From Candidatus Doudnabacteria bacterium RIFCSPHIGHO2_02_FULL_42_25 (GTDB lineage: Bacteria; Patescibacteriota; Doudnabacteria; UBA920; O2-02-FULL-48-8): a stretch of 64,000 nt of DNA. The stretch spans positions 11,258 through 75,257 of the forward strand of contig MFEQ01000003.1 of the NCBI GenBank assembly GCA_001777665.1. Direction: 5' to 3'. The position numbers were made by a program, and so were the translations under genes. Position 1 is the stretch's first letter; each line of letters starts with the position of its first letter. This document shows positions 1-8,896 of this stretch, piece after piece. The notes beneath the pieces are model-generated. The model was not told where the DNA came from, did no database searches, and saw only the letters and a program-made list of their open reading frames with translations.

Positions 1-195
1 ATGCCGAAGCACAAAGTCGAAGATGCCATGCAACGCAGCCTTCAGAACTCCATGCTTTATTTTTTCCCGATTATTTTGTTTGTTTCAATTCTTGCATTGC
101 CAGCCGGCTTGGCATTATATATAGTAGTAACTACTCTATTTAGTATCGGGCAACAGTATTACATTTTAAGGCAAGAAGCGAAGCAATCTCTATGA
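1..195 (+). CDS. yidC: membrane protein insertase YidC, C-terminal fragment (5' partial)
   Basis: Hydrophobic C-terminal TM segment ending in a QQYY-like tail typical of YidC. It is followed by jag, as in the conserved yidC-jag arrangement. Confidence 0.55.
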   Translation: MPKHKVEDAMQRSLQNSMLYFFPIILFVSILALPAGLALYIVVTTLFSIGQQYYILRQEAKQSL

Positions 196-680
196 ATGAA
201 ACTCTAAAAAAGATGGTATTGGACTTACTCAAACAGATGGGGTTTGAGGCAGAAGTCTATGAACGACAAGAAGAAGGGCGCACTGTTTTTAATGTCAAAA
301 CTCATGACGCGCAACTTTTGATTGGCAAACAAGGTGCGAATCTGGAAGCCCTGCAACATATGATTCGAATTTTGTTTCGCAAACAAACCCAAGATGACAG
401 GTTTCCATTTGCTATCGACATTGATGACTACAGGGATAAACGAGTGTTGTATCTGAAAGAGTTAGCCAGAAAAGCCGCTCATCATGTCAGACAAACTAGG
501 AAGCCAGTCAGCCTGGAACCCATGCCAGCCTATGAACGACGAGTCGTGCATAGCTATCTTTCGCTTTACAATGATATTGGTTCAGAAAGTGTCGGAGTTG
601 ATCCAAATCGAAAGTTAATCATCAAACCGAAAGCCAAAGAAAAAAATCCCGATGACTTCAACTTTATTGAGAATATGTAG
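192..680 (+). CDS. jag: Jag/KhpB RNA-binding protein (KH + R3H domains)
   Basis: N-terminal Jag_N-like segment and a C-terminal R3H-like region (VHSYLSLYNDIGSESVG). Overlaps the yidC stop by 4 nt. Confidence 0.7.
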   Translation: MNETLKKMVLDLLKQMGFEAEVYERQEEGRTVFNVKTHDAQLLIGKQGANLEALQHMIRILFRKQTQDDRFPFAIDIDDYRDKRVLYLKELARKAAHHVRQTRKPVSLEPMPAYERRVVHSYLSLYNDIGSESVGVDPNRKLIIKPKAKEKNPDDFNFIENM

Positions 681-719
681 CGCTCTGTCCATTCCGAGCA
701 AAGCGAGGAATCGCTCCTC

Positions 720-735
720 CGAGGGTGACCCTCGT
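720..735. repeat. REP-like palindrome cgagggtgaccctcgt (copy 1 of 3)
   Basis: An identical 16-nt palindromic core recurs at 47135-47150 and 47779-47794, where the two copies flank a Y1 transposase gene. Confidence 0.7.
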
Positions 736-875
736 AAGAGGGGTCCCTCCGCTCCTGCTTGACTTAGCCCTTACGAGGTCGGTCGGGATGACAGGACAAG
801 GTCACAAATTGTGACCTTGAATTGAATCAGTGTAAAATGTTTTGACAATTTTAGAAGATAGTTTTAAAATTAAAA

Positions 876-904
876 TAAGTCGGAAAGCCGACTTTTTATT
901 TTTA
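876..904 (+). terminator. rho-independent terminator-like hairpin (aagtcggaaagccgactttttattttt)
   Basis: 7-bp GC-containing stem followed by a T-run. It ends a roughly 200 nt structured intergenic segment. Confidence 0.5.
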
Positions 905-911
905 TACAATC

Positions 912-1427
912 ATGAAAAATAATTTATTAATTTCTGAGCGAATTGAAAGCAAAATTTATCTTATCCGTGGGAAAAAAGTAATGTTTGATGGTGATTTGGC
1001 CGAGCTTTATGGGGTAGAAACGAAAATGTTGAATCGTGCGGTGAGAAGAAACAGAGATCGTTTTCCTGTCGATTTTATGTTTCAATTAAACCAGAAGGAA
1101 ATCAAGATTTGGGAAAACTTGAGGTTCCAATTTGGCACCTCAAGTTTAGGTCATGGAGGTCGCAGATATCCACCAATGGTCTTTACAGAGCAAGGCATTG
1201 CAATGCTTTCAAGTGTCTTAAACAGCAAGGGAGCAATCCAAGTTAACATCCAAATCATGCGAACGTTTACAAAGCTACGTGAGATGCTGGCAACTAATAG
1301 AGAATTACGAGAAAAAATAGAAAAACTTGAACGCAAGTATGATCAGCGGTTCAAAATTGTCTTTAATGCGATTAGAAATTTGTTATCTACTGAAACCAAA
1401 CCAACGAAAGAGATTGGTTTTAAGTAG
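912..1427 (+). CDS. ORF6N (KilA-N-like) domain protein
   Basis: The N-terminal segment (IYLIRGKKVMFDGDLAELYGVETKMLNRAVRRNRDRFP...FQL) matches the ORF6N/antirepressor-like domain, followed by a coiled-coil tail. Confidence 0.6.
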   Translation: MKNNLLISERIESKIYLIRGKKVMFDGDLAELYGVETKMLNRAVRRNRDRFPVDFMFQLNQKEIKIWENLRFQFGTSSLGHGGRRYPPMVFTEQGIAMLSSVLNSKGAIQVNIQIMRTFTKLREMLATNRELREKIEKLERKYDQRFKIVFNAIRNLLSTETKPTKEIGFK

Positions 1428-2606
1428 TTATTGTTTTATATAAAATAGACTGATGGCGAACCAAAAGAGTAAGGCTAAGTCGTTTTTGAAATAAGAAGTG
1501 TCGACGAGGCCGTGAATTAAAACAGTTAGAATAAAAATACTCGCAGCGAATTTAATCAGCTGCGGGTGCTTGTCCGCCGAAGCTTTAGCGAAGGCGGATT
1601 TTTGATACTGCTTCAGGGCCAGATTAATTATCCATGCAAAACTTAGGATGCCCAATAATCCTAGCTCCACCCACAGAGCCAAAAATAAATTATGCGGATA
1701 GTTATGAATTTCTCCCGTGTAACCTGCTTCTGCTTGGGTTGTTCGAAATCCATAGAGACCATTACCCAAAAACGGATTATCCAGGATTTTATTGACCCCG
1801 ATCCCCATTAGCTCTAATCTCGCATTGGTCGAGGAATCAGAAATTCCGAGTGTTATTCGATCACGAATCGAGCTGATCAGGAGTAAGGCCAGGACTCCTA
1901 TAACTGCAGGAATTATTATTTTTTTTAAGCCAAATTGATTGATAAGGACGACAAAAATGCTCAAAGCTACGGCCAACCAAGCGCCTCTAGAAAAAGTTAC
2001 GATTAATGCTGTTCCAATAATTAACAATCCAATTCCTGATATCCAAATATTTTTTGTTAATTTATAGCCATTGAGCCAGAGAGTCACAAAAAATGCAAAC
2101 AACGGAGCTAAATATAAACTTAAAGCATTCGGATGAGCAAAAATCGAAACGATGCGACGTGGTTCATCTCCATAGCCCCAGAACTTGGGCAGTAAATGAA
2201 TAAAACTATAATACTGAAAAATTCCAAAAGCAGAAATTAGCACTGTCACCCAGAATAGGGGTTTTATGATAACTGTTATCTGTTTACTGTTAACTGTCAG
2301 AACAATGGCGTAGAAAATTAAAATAGGTTCGATAATAAACGCTCGCAACAACCCAAGAGCTTTAATTGGTTCAGGCGAAAATGCCGTGCTGATAATTCCC
2401 GCAATTACAAAAAGAATTATCGCATAATTTATATTTCCCAAAGATTTTATTTTTTGCTTGATATCTGATAACTGATATCTGATAACTGACCCAACTAAAA
2501 AGCCCACGATCAGAATTTCTAGGAGCGTCGTGGGCAGTGGTCCGATTTGGAATCGGACCAGATAGATTGGAGCAAAAGCTAGGATGAGAGCTAGAAACCA
2601 GACCAT
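1428..2606 (-). CDS. O-antigen ligase (Wzy_C)-like polytopic membrane protein
   Basis: About ten TM helices and a Wzy_C-like motif region (FSRGAWLAVALSIFV). Confidence 0.55.
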   Translation of the reverse strand: MVWFLALILAFAPIYLVRFQIGPLPTTLLEILIVGFLVGSVIRYQLSDIKQKIKSLGNINYAIILFVIAGIISTAFSPEPIKALGLLRAFIIEPILIFYAIVLTVNSKQITVIIKPLFWVTVLISAFGIFQYYSFIHLLPKFWGYGDEPRRIVSIFAHPNALSLYLAPLFAFFVTLWLNGYKLTKNIWISGIGLLIIGTALIVTFSRGAWLAVALSIFVVLINQFGLKKIIIPAVIGVLALLLISSIRDRITLGISDSSTNARLELMGIGVNKILDNPFLGNGLYGFRTTQAEAGYTGEIHNYPHNLFLALWVELGLLGILSFAWIINLALKQYQKSAFAKASADKHPQLIKFAASIFILTVLIHGLVDTSYFKNDLALLFWFAISLFYIKQ

Positions 2607-2608
2607 AG

Positions 2609-5209
2609 TTATGAGCCAGTATTAATATTGATTCTTATTGATTTTTGGATGGAGCCACCATTCGTAAGTCGCACGAGGGCGGTAAGCGTCTGCCACCCAT
2701 TTTTAGCTTGAGTTATTGTAAAGCTATAAGGTGCCGAAGCTTTGCTCCCAATAAATTCACCTTCCAGTATTAAATCCACAGCGATGACCGAGCCATTAGA
2801 AACATTGACCTGGACTGTCATTGGGAGGGAAGTAATTTCTTGATTATCGCTAGGAGTCACGAAGTTAACTGACTGTTCAATGATGAAGTCCGGATTGACA
2901 CTTCCATCATCCAATTCATCTGGTGGATAGGTATAACCGGCTGATTTGGCCCAATAAACAACAGGAGCTTCCCAAGCAGCATTGTTCGGCATTTCTGAAT
3001 GGATGGGTGTGTAGACTCTGGTTTCGACTAGTTCAGGAGGCGTCTGATCAGTAGCTTTTTTCCCGTTTAATTTATTGATTTTCACAGCGACATGGACATC
3101 ATCGAATGTTTGAGGCAATCCAAAGCTGGAAAAAACTTCAGATTTGGTGTTGGGGGTGTATTCAGTGGGCAGTTTACCCGAAATAGTATCGACGAAGACA
3201 TGCTGGATCCCTGATGGTTCTAAGAATTGTTCAGGTGGCATGGATTTGGCTTTCAATGCTTCGCGCATAAATTGATTCCAGATCGGAGCGGCAACGATTA
3301 CCCCATCAGCGCCAGCACGCATTTTTGTATGATCATTGTTCCCAGCCCAGACTCCGGCCACGAGTGAAGGAGTAAACCCAAGAGTCCAACCATCCCGCCA
3401 TTCGTTGGTCGTCCCCGTTTTGGCAGCCACCACTCTGTCTGACAAAATCAGTGGAGACTTCGCCCCAAAGATAAAAGTTCTAGCGTCATTGTCTGTCATG
3501 ACACTGATAGTTTGATAAGCGACTTGCGGATCGATTACCTGCTGCCCTGGATTTTCTTGGTATTCTTCCAAAACTTCACCTTTACTATCCTCAACTCGTA
3601 GAATCGGCGTTTGTTGTTGTTTAACTCCCATGTTCGCAAAAGTTCCCATAGCTGCGACGTGATCTATTAATTTAACTTCACAGCCACCAAGCACCAACGA
3701 TAGACCACAGCGATCAGCGCTGATATCAGAAGTAATCCCCATATCTTTAGCGGTATCGATGGCATCAGATACTCCAACCAAGGCTAAAGTTTTCACTGCG
3801 GGGATGTTAAGGGAGCCTGCGAAGGCTTTACGAATATTTATGACTCCATAGTTGCTGCCATCATAGTTGTTTGGTGAGTAATCTTTCCCACCATAAGTGC
3901 CAAAACTAGTTTTAACATCCACAAGCATCGTGGCTGGGCTCATCCCTTCTTTGAAAGCGGTTGCGTAAATATAAGGTTTGATAGAGGATCCAGGCTGGAG
4001 CTCACTTAGTGCGACGTTGAGCTGACAGTAACCGCAATCTTCTTTAAAGTACTCTCTGGACCCGACCATGGCCAAGATTTGCCCCGTCTTTGGGTCTTGT
4101 GCCACCAATCCCGCATTGGTGGCTTTATTAAACTTTTCGTTGCGTGTTACACCTTCAGATACAGCTTTTTCGGCAATTTGCTGCATATCCCAGTCGAGAG
4201 TTGTGATAACTTTGAGTCCCCCTTCTTCTAGGGCTTTTTCCCCGTATTTTTCCGCGAGCAAATCCACAGTATAGAGCACAAAATGCGGAGCGAGGATCGC
4301 ATCTCTGATTTTACTAAAGACCACAACTTCTTTTTTGGAAACATCTCTTTCTTCAGAGGTGATGTAGCCTTGTTCAGCCATCAAATCCAAGATTCGTTCG
4401 TGACGGGCATCGAGTGCTTCGCGGTGAGGGCCGTTGGGATTATAAAAAGTTGGAGCTTGCGGTAGGGCTGCTAAGTAAGCTGCTTCGGCCAGGGTGATAT
4501 TTTTGGCTTGTTTGTTGAAATAAGTTTGGGCAGCAGCTTCCACGCCATAAGCGTTTTGGCCATATGGGATTTCGTTGAGGTAGAGTTGGAGAATTTCATC
4601 CTTACTAAATTTCTGTCCGATTTCGATGGCCAGTACTGCCTCTTTGATTTTACGGGTAAAAGTTTTTTCCCGAGTTAAAATCGCGTTACGTACAAATTGC
4701 TGGGTAATGGTCGAACCACCTTGGGAGGTACTACCACTGGTGATGTCGACCCAAACCGAACGGACAATTCCTCGCCAGTCCACGCCAGGGTTGCTATAGA
4801 AATTTTTATCTTCAATCGCGATCGAAGCTTGCTTGACATAGTCTGGCAAGTCGTCGAGTTTAATCAAGGTTCGTTTGGCCTCGCCGTGGACTTCATAGAG
4901 TAGGGTGGTGCCATCGCGAGCGTAGATTTTTGTGGATTGCGGGACGATCCGAGCGTTGAGTTTATTTGGATCAGGCAGACTCAACGAAATCATGGCAAAA
5001 GTTAGGCTGCCCAAAAGCAGCATCGCAGCACCAAAGTAAAGACAAGCCATAAAAATTCTTTTTTGCCAGCTTTTTTGTTGACGCAAATGATCCCAAAGAT
5101 ACTTGGGGAGTTTCAAAATAGTAGCCAGAACACCTTTCAGTGTAGGTTTGTTATTTCTGTTCCAATTGGAGTAATAGTATGACATGTTAACGCTTTCTAA
5201 TTTTACCAA
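2609..5209 (-). CDS. class A penicillin-binding protein (transglycosylase + transpeptidase), PBP1A-like
   Basis: GT51 motifs (EDKNFYSNPGVD, RKIKE), a transpeptidase SxxK (SIKP) with KTG, and a long C-terminal extension. Confidence 0.85.
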   Translation of the reverse strand: MVKLESVNMSYYYSNWNRNNKPTLKGVLATILKLPKYLWDHLRQQKSWQKRIFMACLYFGAAMLLLGSLTFAMISLSLPDPNKLNARIVPQSTKIYARDGTTLLYEVHGEAKRTLIKLDDLPDYVKQASIAIEDKNFYSNPGVDWRGIVRSVWVDITSGSTSQGGSTITQQFVRNAILTREKTFTRKIKEAVLAIEIGQKFSKDEILQLYLNEIPYGQNAYGVEAAAQTYFNKQAKNITLAEAAYLAALPQAPTFYNPNGPHREALDARHERILDLMAEQGYITSEERDVSKKEVVVFSKIRDAILAPHFVLYTVDLLAEKYGEKALEEGGLKVITTLDWDMQQIAEKAVSEGVTRNEKFNKATNAGLVAQDPKTGQILAMVGSREYFKEDCGYCQLNVALSELQPGSSIKPYIYATAFKEGMSPATMLVDVKTSFGTYGGKDYSPNNYDGSNYGVINIRKAFAGSLNIPAVKTLALVGVSDAIDTAKDMGITSDISADRCGLSLVLGGCEVKLIDHVAAMGTFANMGVKQQQTPILRVEDSKGEVLEEYQENPGQQVIDPQVAYQTISVMTDNDARTFIFGAKSPLILSDRVVAAKTGTTNEWRDGWTLGFTPSLVAGVWAGNNDHTKMRAGADGVIVAAPIWNQFMREALKAKSMPPEQFLEPSGIQHVFVDTISGKLPTEYTPNTKSEVFSSFGLPQTFDDVHVAVKINKLNGKKATDQTPPELVETRVYTPIHSEMPNNAAWEAPVVYWAKSAGYTYPPDELDDGSVNPDFIIEQSVNFVTPSDNQEITSLPMTVQVNVSNGSVIAVDLILEGEFIGSKASAPYSFTITQAKNGWQTLTALVRLTNGGSIQKSIRININTGS

Positions 5210-5232
5210 AAAATTGCTATAATATCCACATT

Positions 5233-6387
5233 ATGACTGAAGAATTATTGACGAGAGGGGTAGCTGAAGTTATTGACAGGAAGCATTTAGAAGAATCATT
5301 GCGATCCGGCAAGAAGCTTCGGGTTAAACTTGGAATCGATCCAACCGGTGCGAAGTTACATTTGGGACATGCTGTAGTCTTACGCATTTTGCGTCGATTC
5401 CAGGATCTGGGACATACTGCAGTTTTGATTATAGGTGATACCACAGCTGCGATAGGTGACCCGTCTGGAAAAAACGAGACTCGACCACAGATGAGTGCTG
5501 AAGAGATTGAAAAAAACTATGCAACTTTTGAAAAGCAAGCTTTAAAGATTTTAGATAAGAAACTGCTCGAAGTACATCGTCAATCTGAATGGTTTGGTAA
5601 GTTTGGGTTAATTGATGTGATCAACGAAGCTTCGAAATTATCTGCTGGCTGGATTACTTCGCACGAAACTTTCCGCAGACGTTTAGCTGAAGGTCAACCT
5701 CTCGCCTTTCATGAACTCCTCTACCCGCTGGTCCAAGCTTATGATTCAGTGGCGATCAAAGCCGATGTCGAATTGGGCGGCATGGATCAGAAATTTAATT
5801 TACTTACCGGAAGAGAATTAATGCGCGCGCATCAGATGTCTCCACAAGACATCGTGCTTTCGAAATATTTGATTGGGACGGATGGTCAGAAGATGGGAAA
5901 ATCTTTGGGTAACTTTATCGCGATAGAAGAAGAACCAAATGAAATGTTTGCCAAAGCCATGACCATCGATGACTCTTTGATTTTGGAATACTTCGAACTG
6001 GCTACCAATGTTTCTATGGATGAAATCCAAGTAATTGCCAAAGAACTGAAAGCCGGAACCAACCCTCGTGATATCAAGATACGATTGAGCATACAACTCG
6101 TAACAGAATACCATGATGAAAAAGCCGCGGAAGTAGCTGCTGCCGAGTGGCAAAAAGTCTTTTCTCAGAAAGAAAAACCAAGTGAGATTGAAGAAGTGAA
6201 AGTGAAATCGAAAAATATCGTGGATGTATTGGTTGAAACAGAATTGGCATCCAGCAAAAGCGAAGCGAAACGATTGATTGAACAAAGTGGAGTGAAAGTC
6301 GATGACCAGATAGCAAATGAAGAAACAGAAATCTCGTCTGGTAACCTCCTCCAAGTCGGCAAACGAAAGTTTATAAGAATAAAGTAG
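5233..6387 (+). CDS. tyrS: tyrosyl-tRNA synthetase
   Basis: HIGH-type motif (HLGH), GDPSGK, KMGKS (the KMSKS signature), and a C-terminal S4 domain. Confidence 0.9.
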   Translation: MTEELLTRGVAEVIDRKHLEESLRSGKKLRVKLGIDPTGAKLHLGHAVVLRILRRFQDLGHTAVLIIGDTTAAIGDPSGKNETRPQMSAEEIEKNYATFEKQALKILDKKLLEVHRQSEWFGKFGLIDVINEASKLSAGWITSHETFRRRLAEGQPLAFHELLYPLVQAYDSVAIKADVELGGMDQKFNLLTGRELMRAHQMSPQDIVLSKYLIGTDGQKMGKSLGNFIAIEEEPNEMFAKAMTIDDSLILEYFELATNVSMDEIQVIAKELKAGTNPRDIKIRLSIQLVTEYHDEKAAEVAAAEWQKVFSQKEKPSEIEEVKVKSKNIVDVLVETELASSKSEAKRLIEQSGVKVDDQIANEETEISSGNLLQVGKRKFIRIK

Positions 6388-6402
6388 CCCTAATATGAAC
6401 CA

Positions 6403-6421
6403 CCCGGGACTTGATCCGGGG
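6403..6421. repeat. hairpin repeat CCCGG(G)ACTTGATCCGGG (copy 1 of 3)
   Basis: The same 17-nt hairpin core also occurs at 30602-30618 and 45137-45153. Copies 1 and 2 share a gaacca prefix. Confidence 0.65.
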
Positions 6422-6459
6422 TCTTATTTATGGTAAAGTTCCTGACGTTCGGAGGAACT

Positions 6460-6714
6460 ATGGATTTGGAAGCTGCGGTTAGTGACTTCCTGCAAAAAGT
6501 TGCGGGAAATGTAGATCTGGGTACTCGGCAGAAGATTGCACGGGGTTTTCTGCGGTTCATCGACGACGTCTCGGAGCGATCGCATATACCGAGAGAAGCA
6601 TTCGAACACGCTTCTTTTGTCGAGGGGACCGACGAAAGCGGCAATCTGACTATTGAGACGCGCATCGCGGCACCGAGCAGGAGGTGGGCGGATAGCACGG
6701 AGCCGGGTCCGTAA
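6460..6714 (+). CDS. hypothetical protein, high-GC ORF (84 aa from the ATG preceded by GGAGG; the ORF-track frame opens at 6430)
   Basis: Strong SD (ggagg) 5 nt upstream of ATG 6460. Acidic, protein-like composition. A hairpin plus T-run lies at 6721-6760. GC is much higher than in the flanks. Confidence 0.4.
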   Translation: MDLEAAVSDFLQKVAGNVDLGTRQKIARGFLRFIDDVSERSHIPREAFEHASFVEGTDESGNLTIETRIAAPSRRWADSTEPGP

Positions 6715-6804
6715 ACGTTCGCGGTTGGCACCAGTGCCAGCCTTTTTTATTTACTCGACCTATAATTTATTAGGCATTTAAAAAATCCTGACAGAAGTCA
6801 GGAT

Positions 6805-7014
6805 TTAAGCAGTTGGATGGGATTGATGATGCTCTTCGTCGGCGAGCACCCAAAGTACCAGATATGCTATGAGCCCGAGTCCATTGAGGAATATTCCGAG
6901 GACAAATCCGAGACGAACAAGAGTTGGATCAATATTAAAATAGTGAGCTAGTCCACCAGCTACACCTGCGATTTTCCGATTATTTTTGGAGCGATAAAAT
7001 TTTCTCTCATTCAT
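6805..7014 (-). CDS. PspC-domain membrane protein
   Basis: [25 protein letters not shown] matches the PspC domain signature, followed by one TM helix. Confidence 0.7.
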   Translation of the reverse strand: MNERKFYRSKNNRKIAGVAGGLAHYFNIDPTLVRLGFVLGIFLNGLGLIAYLVLWVLADEEHHQSHPTA

Positions 7015-7106
7015 AGAATCTTAGTATATATTTTAAAGAGTGCTTTGTAAACTATCATGCCACTGCTGTATCGAACATTGCTCGGCCGAGCAATACAGGA
7101 CATAGA

Positions 7107-7586
7107 TTACTTATTAAATTTTAGTCTTGAAATTCCGCTCCATGCGATGGCTACTGCGTCAGCTGCGTCATCAGGCTTGGGGTTTTTTTTTAGTTTCAAA
7201 ACAGTCTGCATCATACGATGCACTTGAGCTTTGTCTGCTTTACCGTAGCCCGTGGCAGAAATTTTTACTTGTAGTGGGGTAACCTCGATTATTTTCAGTT
7301 TGTGTTCTGCGGCGGTAACCACGATCACTCCTCTGGCTTGGCCGACACTCATAGCAGTTTTCGCATTCGCGGCAAAAAATAATGATTCGATACAGACCGC
7401 ATCTGGTTTATATTTTTTTATAATCGAATCCAAATCTTGCTTGATTTCCAGCAGTCGTTGATACTCTGCGTCACCGACTTTAGTCGTGATGCATCCGACA
7501 ACTTTTAGTACGATATTATTGCCAGTTTGTTCGAGTATGGCATAACCAGTTCGCCCGATGCCTGGATCTATTCCTAGTATCTTCAT
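7107..7586 (-). CDS. ruvC: Holliday junction resolvase RuvC
   Basis: MKILGIDPGIGRTGYAIL N-terminus and the RuvC fold length. Confidence 0.9.
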   Translation of the reverse strand: MKILGIDPGIGRTGYAILEQTGNNIVLKVVGCITTKVGDAEYQRLLEIKQDLDSIIKKYKPDAVCIESLFFAANAKTAMSVGQARGVIVVTAAEHKLKIIEVTPLQVKISATGYGKADKAQVHRMMQTVLKLKKNPKPDDAADAVAIAWSGISRLKFNK

Positions 7587-8299
7587 AGGTTTACGTTAGA
7601 ATGAATATTAACCACATCGTCATCGTCATTCAGTGCATCGATGAGGGTTTGAACTTTTTGCTTATCTTCCTCAGGAATCTCCACACTCTGTGCTGGGCGC
7701 ATGATTAATTCAGAAGAAAGAATCTTTATTCCTTTGCTTTCTATAAACTTCTTAGTTTTTTCTAAATCTATAGGTAAGGTATAAATTTCTAAGCCTTCTT
7801 CAGTCTCTTTGACATCTTCCACTCCTTGATCTATTAGCTCTAGTGGTAAATCTTCGATTCCTTTTTGATGGGCCACCAGGATTTCCCCTTTGGATTCAAA
7901 CATCCAAGCGACTGATCCTTGTTCCCCCATCCGGCCATGGTTTTTGGTAAAGATTGTCCGGATATTTTGAGTAGTCCGATTAGTATTATCAGTAACTCCT
8001 TCTACAATAAAAGCTGAACCAGCTGGACCATAACCTTCTACTGTGACCTTGGAAATAGCGTCTTTTCCTTCACCTGTTCCTTTTTTTACAGCACGTTCGA
8101 TGTTGTCCTTCGGCATCCCCGCTTCTTTGGCTCGATCTATCGCCATGCGGAGTTTGAAATTAAATTCTGGATCAGGACCGCCTCCAGTTTTGACCGCAAT
8201 ACTAATGTTGCGACCGAGTTTGGTAAAAACACCACCGCGTTTCGCATCGATGATGGCTTTCGATCTTTTAATTTGCGCCCATTTCGAATGTCCAGACAT
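7583..8299 (-). CDS. YebC/PmpR family DNA-binding regulator
   Basis: MSGHSKWAQIKRSK...GGPDPEFN signature. Overlaps ruvC by 4 nt. Confidence 0.9.
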   Translation of the reverse strand: MSGHSKWAQIKRSKAIIDAKRGGVFTKLGRNISIAVKTGGGPDPEFNFKLRMAIDRAKEAGMPKDNIERAVKKGTGEGKDAISKVTVEGYGPAGSAFIVEGVTDNTNRTTQNIRTIFTKNHGRMGEQGSVAWMFESKGEILVAHQKGIEDLPLELIDQGVEDVKETEEGLEIYTLPIDLEKTKKFIESKGIKILSSELIMRPAQSVEIPEEDKQKVQTLIDALNDDDDVVNIHSNVNL

Positions 8300-8313
8300 G
8301 AGAATAAGATTGT

Positions 8314-8559
8314 TTATTTAGGATGTTCACGTAGGCTGTGAAGATAATAAGTATGATCCTCGATGGTAAAATAAAAGCGCCAGGAGCGAGTAACCCTGGC
8401 TTGCCAAAGATTAATTGTTTTATTAAATTTTTTAGCGCGTAGCGATGGATGTCGAAGGTTAGTAAGCAACAGGCGTTGTTGCTTATCGAATGCTTTTTGG
8501 ACTTCGGCCGGAGCAGTCGCATACTGTTTTTCAAATCTGGCTGAATGGATGACCTGCAT
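8314..8559 (-). CDS. RelE/ParE family type II toxin
   Basis: 81 aa with a C-terminal RelE/ParE-like segment (WRFYFTIEDHTYYLHSLREHPK). Translationally coupled to the upstream antitoxin. Confidence 0.6.
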   Translation of the reverse strand: MQVIHSARFEKQYATAPAEVQKAFDKQQRLLLTNLRHPSLRAKKFNKTINLWQARVTRSWRFYFTIEDHTYYLHSLREHPK

Positions 8560-8864
8560 TATTTTTTTATCTGGTGAGTGCGAGCGGCTTTGTGAAGGGA
8601 TCGAGCCGCTTTGTCAGCAGTATCAAATGGGCCAGAAAAGCGTCCGTTTCTGATATCTTCCATGCTCGCTTGTACATCTTCCAGGATTTTTTTATCAATC
8701 AGGGTTTTTGGTTTGAATATTACTACGCCCTTGGATAATTCTACCTGTAAGTAGTCTCCTGGCTGTAATCCTAAAGCATCATGAATACGCTTTGGAATTA
8801 CCACCTGACGACTCGCCCCAATTTTTACTGCTGAACTTAAATTTTCTTTGACTTGTATTTTCAT
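8559..8864 (-). CDS. AbrB/MazE-type (SpoVT/AbrB) antitoxin
   Basis: Swapped-hairpin motif QVVIPKRIHDALGLQPGDYL. Its stop shares 1 nt with the toxin start. Confidence 0.6.
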   Translation of the reverse strand: MKIQVKENLSSAVKIGASRQVVIPKRIHDALGLQPGDYLQVELSKGVVIFKPKTLIDKKILEDVQASMEDIRNGRFSGPFDTADKAARSLHKAARTHQIKK

Positions 8865-8896
8865 ATATTCATATTACTATAAAATTATCACCAATG

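Noticed and set aside
6390-6731. 113-aa minus-strand ORF over the high-GC insert
   Set aside because: Opposite strand of a better-supported + ORF (SD plus terminator). Pro/Ser/Arg-rich composition is typical of a wrong frame in GC-rich DNA.
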